64,000 bases of DNA from an uncultured Verrucomicrobiae bacterium. Its GTDB lineage: Bacteria > Verrucomicrobiota > Verrucomicrobiia > Palsa-1439. The stretch is from positions 1,042,461 through 1,106,460 of the forward strand of contig CAWIJG010000002.1 of the NCBI GenBank assembly GCA_963836315.1, written 5' to 3'. The position numbers were made by a program, and so were the translations under genes. Shown here piece by piece: positions 29,996-44,535 of this stretch. A model generated the notes under the pieces. That model did no database searches. It was not told the origin of the DNA and saw nothing but the letters and a program-made list of their open reading frames with translations. Position 1 is the first letter of the stretch; each line of letters starts with the position of its first letter.

Positions 29996-31780
29996 TCAAT
30001 CAGTCTGTGTCTGCGCGCCGAACTGCAGTTCGCACACCCGCGCGTAGTGTCCGCCGCGCGCCGCCAATTCATCGTGCCGTCCGCGCTCGACGATCTGTCC
30101 GTCATGCATCACGAGCAACAAGTCCGCCCGTCGTACCGTCGACAACCGATGCGCCACTACAAATACCGTGTGCCCCTTCCGCAGGCGTTCCAAGGAACGG
30201 AGCACCGCCGCCTCCGTCTCCGAGTCGAGTGCGGCGGTCGGTTCGTCCAGGATCAAAACCGGCGAGCCCTTCAGGAACGCCCGTGCCAGCGCGAGTCGTT
30301 GCCGTTGCCCGCCCGAAAGGGTGACGCCGCGCTCGCCAATCGGCGTCTCATAGCCCTGTGGCATCGCGCGGATGAACTCGTCGGCTTCGGCTTCGCGCGC
30401 CGCCTCCACGATCTCGTCCAGCGTCGCCTCAGGCCGCCCGTACGCGATATTGTCCCGCACCGGCGTCGAGAACAGCACCGGCTCCTGCGGCACAATCCCA
30501 ATCTGGCGGCGCAACGTGCGATACTGAAACTCGCGGATGTCATGTCCGTCGAAAAGCACGCGGCCCTTCTGGGGATCGTAGAAGCGGAGCAACAAGCTGA
30601 GCAATGTGGATTTCCCCACGCCACTCGGCCCGACCAGTGCCACCATTTGCCCCGGCCGTGCCTCGAAATCGATGCCCTTCAACACTGGCCGGTCCGTATC
30701 GTACCCGAACCACACGTTCTCGAATCGCACCACGCCGTCGCAGCGCGTCAACGGGCGGGCGTTCGGCGCGTCGCGGATTGTCGGCTTGGTTTCGAGAATC
30801 TCGACAACGCGGCGGAATGGCGTCAGGGCACCCTGGATCGCCGTAGCGATGCCGCTGACCGTGCTCATCGGCCCGTACAACATCCCGACGTAGCTGATGA
30901 ACACCACCAATTCACCAATGCTGAGCCGACCCGCCAGCACGCGCTGGCCGCCAATCCAAATCATCGCCACCGTGCCCACCGCCGTGATCAGCCCGACCAC
31001 AAACGACGACATCACCTGCATCTTCGTCATGCGCACGTTGGCGTCCACGCTCTGCGCTGCCCCCGCGCCGAACCGGCGCACTTCGTCCTCTTCGCGCGCA
31101 AAGGCTTGAATGGTCCGAATGGCCGACAGCGATTCCTGGATCATCGCGCTGACCTTGCTCTCGCGCGTGTAATACTCAGCGGAAACATCGGTGATCCGGC
31201 GATTGTAATATTTGATGGTCAACGCCAGCGGGGGCGCAACCGCCAGCGCGAGCAGCGTCAGCACGACGTCGAACCGCAGCATGATGATCGTCATCCCCAA
31301 CAGCGTCGCCACGGCCGCGACCAGCGGGATCAATCCGCCATTGAAAATGGTCTGTATCGATTGGGTATCCCACGTCACCCGGTAAATCGAGTCGCCCACA
31401 GCGCGGCTGTCGTGGAACACCAGGCTCAACTTTTGCAAATGCTCATAGACGCGGAACCGGAGTTCCTGCGTCATACGCAGCCCCGCGCGCACGAGATGGG
31501 TCGTACCCCATGCGCTCAAGCCGCCCCGCAGCACGTGGATCGCCAGCAACCCGAGACACACGACGACCAACGCCCCGGCTTTGTTGTCGGCAACCGTCGC
31601 CAGCCACCCCGGCATAGGCGCCGAGCCGAGAATGCTGTCGATAATCACCTGCAACGGCCACGGCTGGAGCAGGCTGGCGGCGATGCCCAGCAACGTCAAC
31701 ATCAGGCCTCCCACGGCGGCCCGCTGTTGTCCACGAATCAGCGACCACGCCTGCGGCCAGAGTTTGGGCGATTCGTTCAT
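29996..31780 (-). CDS. ABC exporter, fused permease/ATPase
   Basis: GPSGVGKST, LSGGQRQR, LDEPT, 6-TM N-terminus. Confidence 0.93.
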   Translation of the reverse strand: MNESPKLWPQAWSLIRGQQRAAVGGLMLTLLGIAASLLQPWPLQVIIDSILGSAPMPGWLATVADNKAGALVVVCLGLLAIHVLRGGLSAWGTTHLVRAGLRMTQELRFRVYEHLQKLSLVFHDSRAVGDSIYRVTWDTQSIQTIFNGGLIPLVAAVATLLGMTIIMLRFDVVLTLLALAVAPPLALTIKYYNRRITDVSAEYYTRESKVSAMIQESLSAIRTIQAFAREEDEVRRFGAGAAQSVDANVRMTKMQVMSSFVVGLITAVGTVAMIWIGGQRVLAGRLSIGELVVFISYVGMLYGPMSTVSGIATAIQGALTPFRRVVEILETKPTIRDAPNARPLTRCDGVVRFENVWFGYDTDRPVLKGIDFEARPGQMVALVGPSGVGKSTLLSLLLRFYDPQKGRVLFDGHDIREFQYRTLRRQIGIVPQEPVLFSTPVRDNIAYGRPEATLDEIVEAAREAEADEFIRAMPQGYETPIGERGVTLSGGQRQRLALARAFLKGSPVLILDEPTAALDSETEAAVLRSLERLRKGHTVFVVAHRLSTVRRADLLLVMHDGQIVERGRHDELAARGGHYARVCELQFGAQTQTD

Positions 31781-32808
31781 TCCGATCCCACCGCTTCGTC
31801 AATGTTGTCAAATCCGTCGCGCGCCAGCAATCGCAGCAGTCCGCGATTGATGTCTCGCACAATGGCGGGGCCCTCATAGACCATTCCCGTCCAGATTTCG
31901 ACCAAGCTGGCGCCCGCGCGGATCTTCTCGTACGCGTCTTCCGCAGTGAACACGCCGCCCACGCCGATGACCGGCATCCGACCCTTCGTTTGACGACGAA
32001 TGTGGCGAATGCATTCAGTGGCCCGCGCCCGCAACGGCGCGCCGCTCAATCCACCGTCGGGCGGCGTCGGATGATCGACGGTCGTATTCGTCGCGACGAT
32101 GCCCGACAATCCGTGCTTCTGCGCCAGTGCCACGACATCATCGATTTGGTCGAAGGTCAGGTCGGGGGCGATCTTCAGCAAGACTGGAAGCTTCTCGTGA
32201 ATCTGCGCCAGCAGGTTCTCCAGCATTTCCTTGTCCTGCAACTTTCGCAAACCGGGCGTGTTCGGGGAGCTGACGTTAAGGACGAAGAAATCCGCGCGAC
32301 CGCGGAGCGCGCGCATCGCGTCCGCATAACTGTCGCCGGCGTGGGCCAGGTCCACGTCGCGATTCTTGCCGACGTTGACGCCGATGGGAATGCGGTGTGG
32401 GGGCGCCGGGATGCGGGCAGAGATCGCCTCGGCGCCATCGTTGTTGAATCCCATGCGGTTGATGAGCGCGCGTTGGTCCACCTGACGAAAGAGTCGCGGC
32501 GGTTCGGTGCCGGGCTGCGCGCGCGCGGTCACGCTGCCGATCTCGACAAAACCCAGCCCGAGCGCCGGCCACAATTCCAGCCCGAGCGCGTTCTTGTCGT
32601 AGCCCGCGCCGAGACCGACGGGGTTGGCGAATTCGATCCCGAAAACCGCCTGGCGGAGCCGCCGGTCTTCGACGGCGAGCACCGTCTCGACAGCATCGCG
32701 CGCGACGCGGCAACGGCCCAGCGTGCCGGCGAGGTTCAGCGCCCGCTCGTGGGCCGATTCGGGATCGGCCTGAAAAAGCCACGGACGAACCAGCGCCTTG
32801 TAGACCAT
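31777..32808 (-). CDS. pyrD: quinone-dependent dihydroorotate dehydrogenase
   Basis: AGYDKN, INRMGFNN, NVSSPNTPGLR, KIAPDL, GGLSG. Confidence 0.96.
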   Translation of the reverse strand: MVYKALVRPWLFQADPESAHERALNLAGTLGRCRVARDAVETVLAVEDRRLRQAVFGIEFANPVGLGAGYDKNALGLELWPALGLGFVEIGSVTARAQPGTEPPRLFRQVDQRALINRMGFNNDGAEAISARIPAPPHRIPIGVNVGKNRDVDLAHAGDSYADAMRALRGRADFFVLNVSSPNTPGLRKLQDKEMLENLLAQIHEKLPVLLKIAPDLTFDQIDDVVALAQKHGLSGIVATNTTVDHPTPPDGGLSGAPLRARATECIRHIRRQTKGRMPVIGVGGVFTAEDAYEKIRAGASLVEIWTGMVYEGPAIVRDINRGLLRLLARDGFDNIDEAVGSE

Positions 32809-32885
32809 GGCGCTACCATGGCAAATTGCCCGGGCGCTTGCTATATTTTAATATCAGTGCGATGTTTGATAGGAAGCCTCGAGCC

Positions 32886-33392
32886 ATGAAGCCCGATGTT
32901 CAAAAACATGTCGAGTACGCGTCCGGCTACCTGGACTTGGGGATGTACGACGATGCCGTGCAGGAAGCCGACATCGCCCTAGCTCTTTCTCCCAACCTTT
33001 CGCCAGCCATCGCCATCAAATCCGCCGCGCTCTGGCAGGCCAACCGGTTGACAGAGGCGGAACCGTTCGTCGCCCAGTTGGCCGAACTCAATCCGCGCGA
33101 TGCCGGCATTTGGATCAATCTCGCCTACATCCGCCGACGCACCCAATCGCTGGATGCCGCGGTCGATACACTCCAGCACGCCTTCGAAGTGAACCCACAG
33201 GATCCGCTGGCGCACTACAACATGGCTTGTTACCGCGCCGTACAACATCGCTCGGGCGAGGCCATCGAACTGTTGAAGAACGCCTTGCACCTCGACCCCA
33301 AACTGCGCGTCCTGGCCAAAGTCGAGCCTGACTTCGCCGACTTACGTGGCACCTCCGCGTTCCAACAATTGCTCCTCCGGCGGTCCTCCTGA
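32886..33392 (+). CDS. TPR protein
   Basis: TPR repeats, AHYNMACY...DFADLR C-terminal motif. Confidence 0.8.
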   Translation: MKPDVQKHVEYASGYLDLGMYDDAVQEADIALALSPNLSPAIAIKSAALWQANRLTEAEPFVAQLAELNPRDAGIWINLAYIRRRTQSLDAAVDTLQHAFEVNPQDPLAHYNMACYRAVQHRSGEAIELLKNALHLDPKLRVLAKVEPDFADLRGTSAFQQLLLRRSS

Positions 33393-33540
33393 CCGCGACC
33401 GCCCCGCCGTTGCAATTCTTGCCACAGGCCGTGTTTCGTCTTGTCACGCCCCGCGGTTTCTGCGACTCTTGCCCCAGCGAGTTTGGGCGGCGGGCGCCGT
33501 GTGCCCGTCAAAATCAGGAGGAAACCTGGAGGGAAATCTT

Positions 33541-33975
33541 ATGGACAACAACACAACTCCGCAGTCAGTCATTTCCAAGGACGTCGAAATCACCGGCACG
33601 ATCAAAAGTTCCGGCTCGATCCGCGTCGACGGCAAACTGGATGGCGAATTGCATTCCACCGGCGACGCCGTCATCGGGGCGTCTGCGCAGATCAAGGGCA
33701 ACATCGTGGTCAACTCGGCGGTCATTGAGGGCGGCGTGCAGGGCAACGTCACCGCCAAGGACCGCATCGAGATGAAATCGACAGCACGCGTCACCGGCGA
33801 CATCCGCGCCAAACGCCTGAGCGTCGAGGATGGCGTGACTTTCATCGGCCGATCGGAAGTCAATCCGTCGGGCTCACCCATCAGCGGCGTGGCGCCCGTG
33901 GTGAGCGACACGATCGAAGCTGACGGCGAGCGTACGGACGCCGCCGCCACGGTGCGATCATTTGCGCGGCGCTAA
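33541..33975 (+). CDS. bactofilin (polymer-forming cytoskeletal protein)
   Basis: SVISKDVEITG...IRVDGKLDG...VTGDI...VEDGVTFIG. Confidence 0.9.
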   Translation: MDNNTTPQSVISKDVEITGTIKSSGSIRVDGKLDGELHSTGDAVIGASAQIKGNIVVNSAVIEGGVQGNVTAKDRIEMKSTARVTGDIRAKRLSVEDGVTFIGRSEVNPSGSPISGVAPVVSDTIEADGERTDAAATVRSFARR

Positions 33976-34016
33976 TTGCCAGCGCCATAATCGGCGCATG
34001 AAGACGGGAGCGAGCG

Positions 34017-34747
34017 GTGCCCAAGAACCGCAAGGTCAATACACTCGATAGCTACGCGACCATCCGGGCGGTTGCGCGCACCAAGCCCGTGCCCCAACCG
34101 ACGACGGATCCCGACGCCCAGACGTCGACCGAGGCGCCGCCGTCTGATCCTCAGAAGCTGGGCGCAAGGGTGGCGCGGACAACCGTTCCCGTCAAACATC
34201 ACATCGAGTGCTACGAATGCGGCTACAAGTTCCAGATGCACGGCCGCGCGACGACCACACATTGCCCTAAATGCCGCGCGCTGCTGGACCTCACCGATCA
34301 CACCATCGACGCCGAGTGTGTCGAGACGGTCAAGACGGCGGGGACGATTCGCCTCACGCCGACGGGAGTCCTGAAGAATGGCAATCTCATTGGCAGCGAG
34401 GTCATCCTGGAAGGAATCGTTGAAGGCGGACGGGTGCGCGCGTTGCGCGTGATCGAGTTGGGCGCCGGTGCGATCTTTTCGGAAAAGGCCGTGTCCGCTC
34501 CCGACCTGCGCATCGCGGCGGGCGCGGAGTTCAAGTTCAAGCAAGAGATCAAGTATCGCAACGTCGAAATCTCCGGCGCCGTTCGCGCCAAGCTCACGGC
34601 CATGGGCGTCGTGACCGTGAAACCCGGCGGCCTGCTCGAGGGCGAGATCAGGGCCGTGCATCTGATCGTCGAAGACGGCGGCGGGTTGAAAGCCAAGGCG
34701 CACATTGCCCCCAAGTCGGAAACAGTTCCCGAAGACGAAGAAACCAC

Positions 34748-34751
<4 letters not shown>
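34017..34751 (+). CDS. Zn-ribbon + bactofilin-like protein
   Basis: CYECG...CPKC followed by bactofilin-type beta-helix repeats. Confidence 0.75.
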
Positions 34752-36556
<1,805 letters not shown>

Positions 36557-36565
36557 CAGCAGGCG

Positions 36566-36594
36566 ACCTTAGCGAAGCCTCATGGTTTTGACAA
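36566..36594 (-). promoter_or_regulatory. own sigma70 promoter of carB C-half
   Basis: TTGTCA-N17-TAAGGT, ATG 9 nt downstream. Confidence 0.55.
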
Positions 36595-36780
36595 GTGGCG
36601 GTTGGTCCGAGACGGACCAGCTTTCTTGGCCTTGGTGGTCGCCGATCCACAACACTCAGGTTCACAACTGCAATAGAAAGGACTCCCCAAACCAGATTGG
36701 CGCCATCGACCGGAAGATTATCGGCTCCCCGCTTTGTACGAGTTTCAAACCTTGCCGTTTGAACTTCCGGGGGCTGCCCC

Positions 36781-38616
36781 TCACTGGCCACCTTGCAGCC
36801 GTGCGAGCGCGATTCGCGCCTCGGCCAAATCGGGCTTGAGCCGTAGCGCCTGCTCCAAATGCTCCTTCGCGTCCTGTGTCTCGCCTAATTGCGCCAACGC
36901 GATTCCCAGATTGCAATGCGCCTCGGCAAAATCCGGCCTGATCCGCAGCGATTCCTTCCAATGTCCGATCGCCTCCCGTACCCGGCCCAGTCGAACCAGC
37001 GCGAGCCCCAGATTGTACTGCGGGCCGACGTAATTGGGATTGATTTTCACGGCCTGCTCGAAATGCTCCACCGCCTCCTGCGTCCTGCCCTCCCGCTCCA
37101 GGGCGATTCCCAGATCGCAATGCGCATCGGCAAAATCGGGTTTGAGACGCAACGCCTTCTCGAAAAATTGGATCGCTTCAGGCACCCGTCCCGCTCGCGC
37201 CATCGCGTCCCCGAGCGCACAGTCCGCATGCGCGTAGCTTTCGACGCTCGCCAACAAATTAAACACCACCGAGAAACCCAGCAGCAAACCCCAGCCCCAA
37301 CGCGCCGTCCGCCTCCAGGCTGGCCGGCTCGCCAATGCGCGTTCCAATCCGAGGATACCGACCACTGCCAGCCATAGTAGTGCCGGCAGGAAGTCCACCT
37401 CGTAGCGGAAGGCCGCGCCAAGGAAGAACCCAAGGGTCAATGCACAAATCCCGAACAGCAGGGCCACCGCCATTACAAACCAGCGCAAGTTCGTGCCCGA
37501 CGGCCCCGGCCGTTTCCGCCATGCCAGCGGCGCAGCCAACGCCAGCCACACCAGCGGGATGTTGGTAAGGATGCCGAACGGTTTGTTCACCCCGCCATGG
37601 CCCCTCGGTACGGGTGGCATGGCGATTTCATGCACAAAGGGGAACCGGGCGCTCCAGCGCGCCGGCTCCAGAAAATAGACCCGGAAATTGAACCAGAGAT
37701 ACCGCGGACTGAAGTTCTGTTGCGTAATCACCCGCTCCCGGAAGTTCAACTGGTAGTGCTGCCCGAAATCGAATGGACTGCCGAACCGTTGGGCGTTGTA
37801 GAGCATCAGGCCCAACCCGATGAGTACGATCGGGCCGGTCGCCGCCAGCCATGCCGCCCAAACCTGCCGCCGCTCACACCACGCTTGGGCCACCGGCACC
37901 AGCAGGATGACCGCGCCAAAGACCAGGGACGGTCGCGCCCCCACCGCCAGCCCGTACGCCACGCTTGCCGCCGCCAGCCACCGGCCCCTCCGCTCCGACT
38001 CGTGCAACGCGCGCCAGATCGCCCCCAATGCCAGCATCGTCAGCATATACCCGCAACTGATCGCCACTTCGTAAACATCCGACTGGGACAACAACATCGT
38101 CACCCCCGTCGCCAGGCCGAGCGCCAATGCGCACGCCGCCACCACCCCGCCGCTGACTTCAGCAAAGTAGCGTCGCCACAAGGCGCGCAGCAGGCCCACG
38201 CTGGCCAGAAAGCCTGTGGTGCAAAAGATCATCACGGCCTGCCGATGAAACAGGTACTGGCCGGTCAGCGCGACGTACGGCCAGAACAAGATCAACGCGG
38301 GCACAACGCCAAAGTACAGGTAGAACCGGCCCTTGTAGTAGCTCAGGTCGCTCATCCGGTACTGCGGATCCTGATAAGGTGGATCCACGGCCGGATCGTA
38401 CGGGTCGGCAAGCCGCGAAAACCAGGGCGGGACCTCCTTTTTCAGGCTGAGATGGCCCGCGCGAAAGCCCTGCACCAATAAATTGTAATACGTGCCCGCC
38501 GCATTCGGACTGACTAGTTCCAACACCCCCGACTCGGCCATGGATGCGTACACTCCGATGACCAGCGCGCACACTGCGGCCAGCAACATCCACGGACTCT
38601 TCATTGCGCGGGTCAT
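36781..38616 (-). CDS. multi-TM GT-C-like protein with C-terminal TPRs
   Basis: YYNLLVQGF...DLSYYKGRFYLYFG, many TM helices, four TPRs. Confidence 0.72.
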   Translation of the reverse strand: MTRAMKSPWMLLAAVCALVIGVYASMAESGVLELVSPNAAGTYYNLLVQGFRAGHLSLKKEVPPWFSRLADPYDPAVDPPYQDPQYRMSDLSYYKGRFYLYFGVVPALILFWPYVALTGQYLFHRQAVMIFCTTGFLASVGLLRALWRRYFAEVSGGVVAACALALGLATGVTMLLSQSDVYEVAISCGYMLTMLALGAIWRALHESERRGRWLAAASVAYGLAVGARPSLVFGAVILLVPVAQAWCERRQVWAAWLAATGPIVLIGLGLMLYNAQRFGSPFDFGQHYQLNFRERVITQQNFSPRYLWFNFRVYFLEPARWSARFPFVHEIAMPPVPRGHGGVNKPFGILTNIPLVWLALAAPLAWRKRPGPSGTNLRWFVMAVALLFGICALTLGFFLGAAFRYEVDFLPALLWLAVVGILGLERALASRPAWRRTARWGWGLLLGFSVVFNLLASVESYAHADCALGDAMARAGRVPEAIQFFEKALRLKPDFADAHCDLGIALEREGRTQEAVEHFEQAVKINPNYVGPQYNLGLALVRLGRVREAIGHWKESLRIRPDFAEAHCNLGIALAQLGETQDAKEHLEQALRLKPDLAEARIALARLQGGQ

Positions 38617-38785
38617 CGTTTCGCCAGAATCCTTGCTCCCTTGGGACAATAACCCCTCCCGGCTGGTCAAACGTCAACTGAAAAGTGGGTTCGGCTTGTC
38701 CCGAAAATAATTTGTCCCGCCAGACAGGAGTCAGGCGTTCGGCTAAAGCCACCACGCATCCGGTCGCTGGGTTTGCGGTGGCGCG

Positions 38786-40954
38786 TCACCGCTTGGCGGT
38801 GAGCTGGGGAAGTGATGCCGGCTCGGTGCCGGAACGAATTTCGTAGAGATGATGGCCGATCTCGCGGGAGGCTTCGACGGTCTCGGTGTACGGCGTGTCG
38901 GCAACATCCACAAAGCCGTTCTGGTAATTCTCGCCGTCGAGCGTCCTGCCCGTGGTCGGTTCGTCGCGGTAGGAGAACCAGTGGCAGCCGACGATGTTGG
39001 GATGGCGGAGGGCGCCGCGCACGAAGCCCTGATAGGCCGCGGCGCGCTCCGCCTGATCCTTAACCCTCACCAGCCCGGGATAAAACTGTCCGCGGTCGGT
39101 CGCGCCAAAGTGGAACTCGCCGATGATCACCGGCGCGTCCACGCCAGCGGGCAAACGGAAATCAGCTACCGAACGACGATAAATGTTGTAACTGAGCACA
39201 TCGCAGAAATGTGACGCGACCTCGACGACGACGGGGTTCACGCCCGAAAAACGGCAGCCGAGGTACAGATGGTTGGGGGCGGTCTCGCGCACGGCCTGGC
39301 GGCAGAGTTTGAAGTATTCCCGGACCGTATGCTTGTAAAACGCCAGCAGGTCATCGTGGGCGCGCGCCTTGTCGGGCGTCTCGCGGCTTTCAATCATGTC
39401 GCCCCATGATTTGTACGACATCTTCCAGACCGCGTTGAGTTTATCCACCGTGCCGTATTTGGCCATCAAATCGGACACGAACACCTGCTTGGCCGCCTGG
39501 TACGCGGGCGAGTTGAGCGTCGCCAGCGCCAGCGAGACCTCGCTACCCCAGATGATCTCGTTGTCGATGAAGTAACCGATGCACCACGGATCGTCCGCGG
39601 TGGCCGTGGCCTGGTCCGCCACACTGGCGCGGAGTTCGATCCCGAAATCGGGGTCGAACACATCGCGGAACCGCGCCCAGTATCCCTTGTTCCCTTCCAG
39701 CGGCTTGCTCGCAAAGTGGACCGCCGCCACGTACGGCGTCCGTTGTTGCGCGCAGAGCCTCGGGTCCGACCAGTTGCCGATCGTGTTGAGTCCCCAACTC
39801 CGGAGCCGGCGCTGCGTCACGTCGGAAAAATCCTTCCGCCAATCCGCGCCGTATTTCCGCTTCAGGTTGACGCCTGCGAAATCAAAGGCCGCCGGCCTCG
39901 CGGCGAGATAATGTCCCCATTGCGGCTGGCTGCCGGGAGTCAAAAAATTCTTGAAGTCGGCCTCCGCGCCCGGGAAATCCTGGAACCACGCGCTGCGGCC
40001 GTCGATGGGGGTGGATTCGCCCGGCCAAATGCAGTCGATTCCGTTCGAAAAGAACAGCCGCCCATCGGGATCCACCAGCCACCATTTCCCGTCGTACTTG
40101 GCCGTGCGAAAGAACCCCGTGCCCAGCAGCAACGGCCCCCTTCTCCAGCCCCCATACTTGTCCCACGATTTCTCGCCGGGATTCGAGTCCAACTCGGTCA
40201 TCTCGGCGGCGCTTCGTGCTCTCAATTCCTGCAGGCTGTGGGTCTTGTTCGGCCAATCGGCGTGCAGGTACTGGCCGAACGTGTCGATGAACGGAAGCAG
40301 AGAGCGTACCGCCTCGGGTGCCTTCTCGGCGCTGATGCTGAGCGCGCTCAGGCGCACGTCCCCAATCTCAAAACTGAACTTGCTTTTCGGTTTCGGGACG
40401 ACAATCGCCACGCGCGCTATCGCGCCGGGATCAATCGTGTCTTCGCCCCGGTCGGGCGGCGGGAACCCGCGCATGCCAAACATGGGAAGCGACGCCAGGC
40501 TGAACGCCGACCGTTTGAATCTCACATCCAACGTGCCCCGTGCGCCCGGCGCGAGCGTCACCTGGTCGGTATTGGAATGCAGGGGGGGGTCGGCATCGGC
40601 ATTTTCTACCCGGCACTCGATGGTCAATGGATCGGTCCCGACGTTACGCACGTCGAGCAGCAGGCCGTCGTGCTCGGAAAGATTCCAGTGGCCGTGCGGC
40701 GCTTTCAACACCATCCCGGCCCACGCGGCATCGTCCTCGCCGTCCACGCGCACCGCCATGCCGGAGTCGCCGGGCGCGGCGGAAACGTCCACGCCGCGCA
40801 GTTCGACCGCGTCTTTCGATGTCGCGCCGGTGAAGGCAAACAGGATTGATTCTGCACTGACCCGAGCAACGCCGACTTGACCCGTCAGCAGGCAAATCCC
40901 GGCGACCACCAGACCTCTTGCGGTCGCGAGGCGAGTTACATGTCGTCCCATCAT
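38786..40954 (-). CDS. secreted GH50-like glycoside hydrolase (beta-agarase family)
   Basis: Signal peptide; GFFR...WWLVDPDG, SWGLNTIGNWSD, FIDNE, IIGEFHFG, VGCHWF. Confidence 0.82.
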   Translation of the reverse strand: MMGRHVTRLATARGLVVAGICLLTGQVGVARVSAESILFAFTGATSKDAVELRGVDVSAAPGDSGMAVRVDGEDDAAWAGMVLKAPHGHWNLSEHDGLLLDVRNVGTDPLTIECRVENADADPPLHSNTDQVTLAPGARGTLDVRFKRSAFSLASLPMFGMRGFPPPDRGEDTIDPGAIARVAIVVPKPKSKFSFEIGDVRLSALSISAEKAPEAVRSLLPFIDTFGQYLHADWPNKTHSLQELRARSAAEMTELDSNPGEKSWDKYGGWRRGPLLLGTGFFRTAKYDGKWWLVDPDGRLFFSNGIDCIWPGESTPIDGRSAWFQDFPGAEADFKNFLTPGSQPQWGHYLAARPAAFDFAGVNLKRKYGADWRKDFSDVTQRRLRSWGLNTIGNWSDPRLCAQQRTPYVAAVHFASKPLEGNKGYWARFRDVFDPDFGIELRASVADQATATADDPWCIGYFIDNEIIWGSEVSLALATLNSPAYQAAKQVFVSDLMAKYGTVDKLNAVWKMSYKSWGDMIESRETPDKARAHDDLLAFYKHTVREYFKLCRQAVRETAPNHLYLGCRFSGVNPVVVEVASHFCDVLSYNIYRRSVADFRLPAGVDAPVIIGEFHFGATDRGQFYPGLVRVKDQAERAAAYQGFVRGALRHPNIVGCHWFSYRDEPTTGRTLDGENYQNGFVDVADTPYTETVEASREIGHHLYEIRSGTEPASLPQLTAKR

Positions 40955-41156
40955 GCTCCCGCTTCTCTTGATTTATAGTTACGCCCGGAATTTCCCCGCG
41001 TCAACTCGCGCGTGCGATTTTTCGAAAATACTTTTGCGCGGTAACCGATGGCGGCCAAAGTTTCGCGCCCTTGAGAAAATCCGCCCTGGAGACTCGGCGC
41101 CTCTCGCGTCCAATTCCGCGCCGGCCTCGGTCTTCGACGCTATCGGACGCGTCTCT

Positions 41157-42623
<1,467 letters not shown>

Positions 42624-43637
42624 CTAAAATAGATTGTCTTGTTTCGCGCCGGCTTTGACACCGAGTTTCTGGTAGGCCAGCTCGGTCGGCACGCGGCCTT
42701 GCGGGGTGCGTTTGAGATAGCCTTCCTGGATCAGGAACGGCTCGTACACCTCCTCCAGGGTGTCGGCTTCCTCGCCCACGGCAACGGCGAGCGAATTGAC
42801 GCCGACGGGCTTGCCGCCAAACTTGTGCACCAGCGTTTCGAGGATGCGCTTGTCCATTTCGTCGAGGCCGCGCTCGTCGATCTCCAGCATTGCCAGCGCC
42901 TTGTCCGCGATGTCTGCGGTGATCTTTTTCGAATCGGCCTTCACCTGCGCGTAGTCGCGGACGCGTTTGAGCAAATTGTTGGCGATCCGCGGTGTGCCGC
43001 GCGCACGACCGGCGATCTCGGTCGCGCCGCCATCGTCGATGTCCACGTTCAGGATGCGCGAGGAACGACGGAGGATGGAGGTGAGTTCGTCCGCGACGTA
43101 GTAGTTGAGTCTCTCGGTGACGGGGAATCGCGAGCGCAAGGGCGCCGTGAGCAGTCCGCTGCGGGTGGTCGCGCCGATGAGCGTGAACCGTGGAAGCGGC
43201 AGGTGCACACTGTGGGCGTTCGGCCCCTGGTCGATGACAATGTCGAGCTTGAAATCCTCCATCGCGGGGTACAGGTATTCCTCGACCACTGACTGGAGAC
43301 GGTGGATTTCATCGATGAACAAGACGTCACCCTTGTCGAGTTTCGTCAACAACCCGGCGAGGTTGGCCGCCTTTTCCAACGCGGGGCCACTGGTTACCAC
43401 GATGTTGACGCCCATCGCCTTGGCGAGAATGTATGCGAGCGTGGTCTTGCCCAATCCGGGCGGGCCGCTGAGCAGGATGTGGTCGAGCGGTTCCTGGCGC
43501 TGACGCGCCGCCTCGATGGCAAGTTCGAGACGCTCTTTGACCTTGCCCTGTCCTTGGAAATCCGCAAACAGACCGGGGCGCAACGACACGTCCAGCGCCT
43601 TGTCGTGAATGGTTTCGGTAACGAACCGCTCCGCCAT
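42624..43637 (-). CDS. ruvB: Holliday junction helicase RuvB
   Basis: [32 protein letters not shown]. Confidence 0.97.
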   Translation of the reverse strand: MAERFVTETIHDKALDVSLRPGLFADFQGQGKVKERLELAIEAARQRQEPLDHILLSGPPGLGKTTLAYILAKAMGVNIVVTSGPALEKAANLAGLLTKLDKGDVLFIDEIHRLQSVVEEYLYPAMEDFKLDIVIDQGPNAHSVHLPLPRFTLIGATTRSGLLTAPLRSRFPVTERLNYYVADELTSILRRSSRILNVDIDDGGATEIAGRARGTPRIANNLLKRVRDYAQVKADSKKITADIADKALAMLEIDERGLDEMDKRILETLVHKFGGKPVGVNSLAVAVGEEADTLEEVYEPFLIQEGYLKRTPQGRVPTELAYQKLGVKAGAKQDNLF

Positions 43638-43779
43638 GTCTGCAAGATGCGGAAGGTGACCGCAAGAGGCAAGACGAAAAGACCGCTGGGCAAATCCGCG
43701 TGGTTCGGGTTGATGAGTTCATTCTTGAACGGTGGCGGGGACTTGCGTTACGGTGCCCATCATGAAGCGAGTTGACGGC

Positions 43780-43807
43780 AAGAGACGCCCGGTGGCGTCT
43801 CTTTTTT
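43780..43807 (+). terminator. intrinsic terminator-like hairpin
   Basis: AAGAGACGCC-CGGT-GGCGTCTCTT followed by T run. Confidence 0.55.
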
Positions 43808-43874
43808 CTGTTCAGCCTGTGCAGGGTGAATTCTGAACACGATCTTCGTAGGCATTGTCTTCGTCGTTGGCTGG

Positions 43875-44471
43875 ATGTTCGTCGGATACGGGGCGCTGGC
43901 CGCCTACCGATTCCGGGAATACACCGGCCGGAGGCGGTGGTTGACCGCTACGGGCGGCGCCCTTGCCGTGATTGGTGGGCTGGGGTTCCTGGGCGCGGCT
44001 TTCTCGGCCGCGGGCGGACTCCGTTGGCTGCCAGCAGACTTCGAATGGCCGATGGGCTTCGCCAACGGCGTCCTGACCACGCTGGATGGGAAATTTGTGG
44101 TTCCCCATACGACAACGGGGAGAATCCAGGTCTATGACCCCGACTGGAAATTCGTAACGGGTTGGTTCGTCAATGCGGGCGGCGGCACTTTCAAGCTCGG
44201 ACTCAAGGGCCGAAATAATATCGAGGTAATCACCGCGCGTCGGCAAATGCGATATCTATACACCATCCATGGCTCTCTTCTCGTGTCCGAGACCTACAAG
44301 CCCCTCACCTATTCCGATTTCCCGACTTCCGGGACGTCCGTTGTGGTTCCGACCCGCTGGTGGCTGTGGACATTCACGACTCCGTTCTTTTCCTGGATTG
44401 TCGGTGCGGTGGGCATGGCGTTGATCATGTTCTCCGATCCGACGAAAAAGAAACAAAATATCTTTGGGTAG
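43875..44471 (+). CDS. membrane protein inserted antisense between ruvA and ruvB (true start probably further upstream)
   Basis: TM segments at both ends, GRIQVYD beta-repeat-like core. Confidence 0.6.
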   Translation: MFVGYGALAAYRFREYTGRRRWLTATGGALAVIGGLGFLGAAFSAAGGLRWLPADFEWPMGFANGVLTTLDGKFVVPHTTTGRIQVYDPDWKFVTGWFVNAGGGTFKLGLKGRNNIEVITARRQMRYLYTIHGSLLVSETYKPLTYSDFPTSGTSVVVPTRWWLWTFTTPFFSWIVGAVGMALIMFSDPTKKKQNIFG

Positions 44472-44535
44472 CGCACAGCGCCGGATTTACGCGTTATCCA
44501 TCCTCCTGACCTTCCCCACGGCTGGCAGATATTCT

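Noticed and set aside
27359-31879. 1506-aa plus-strand ORF
   Set aside because: Antisense shadow of the ADH, glycosyltransferase-like and ABC genes; no motifs, Arg/Ala/Pro-rich as expected opposite high-GC genes
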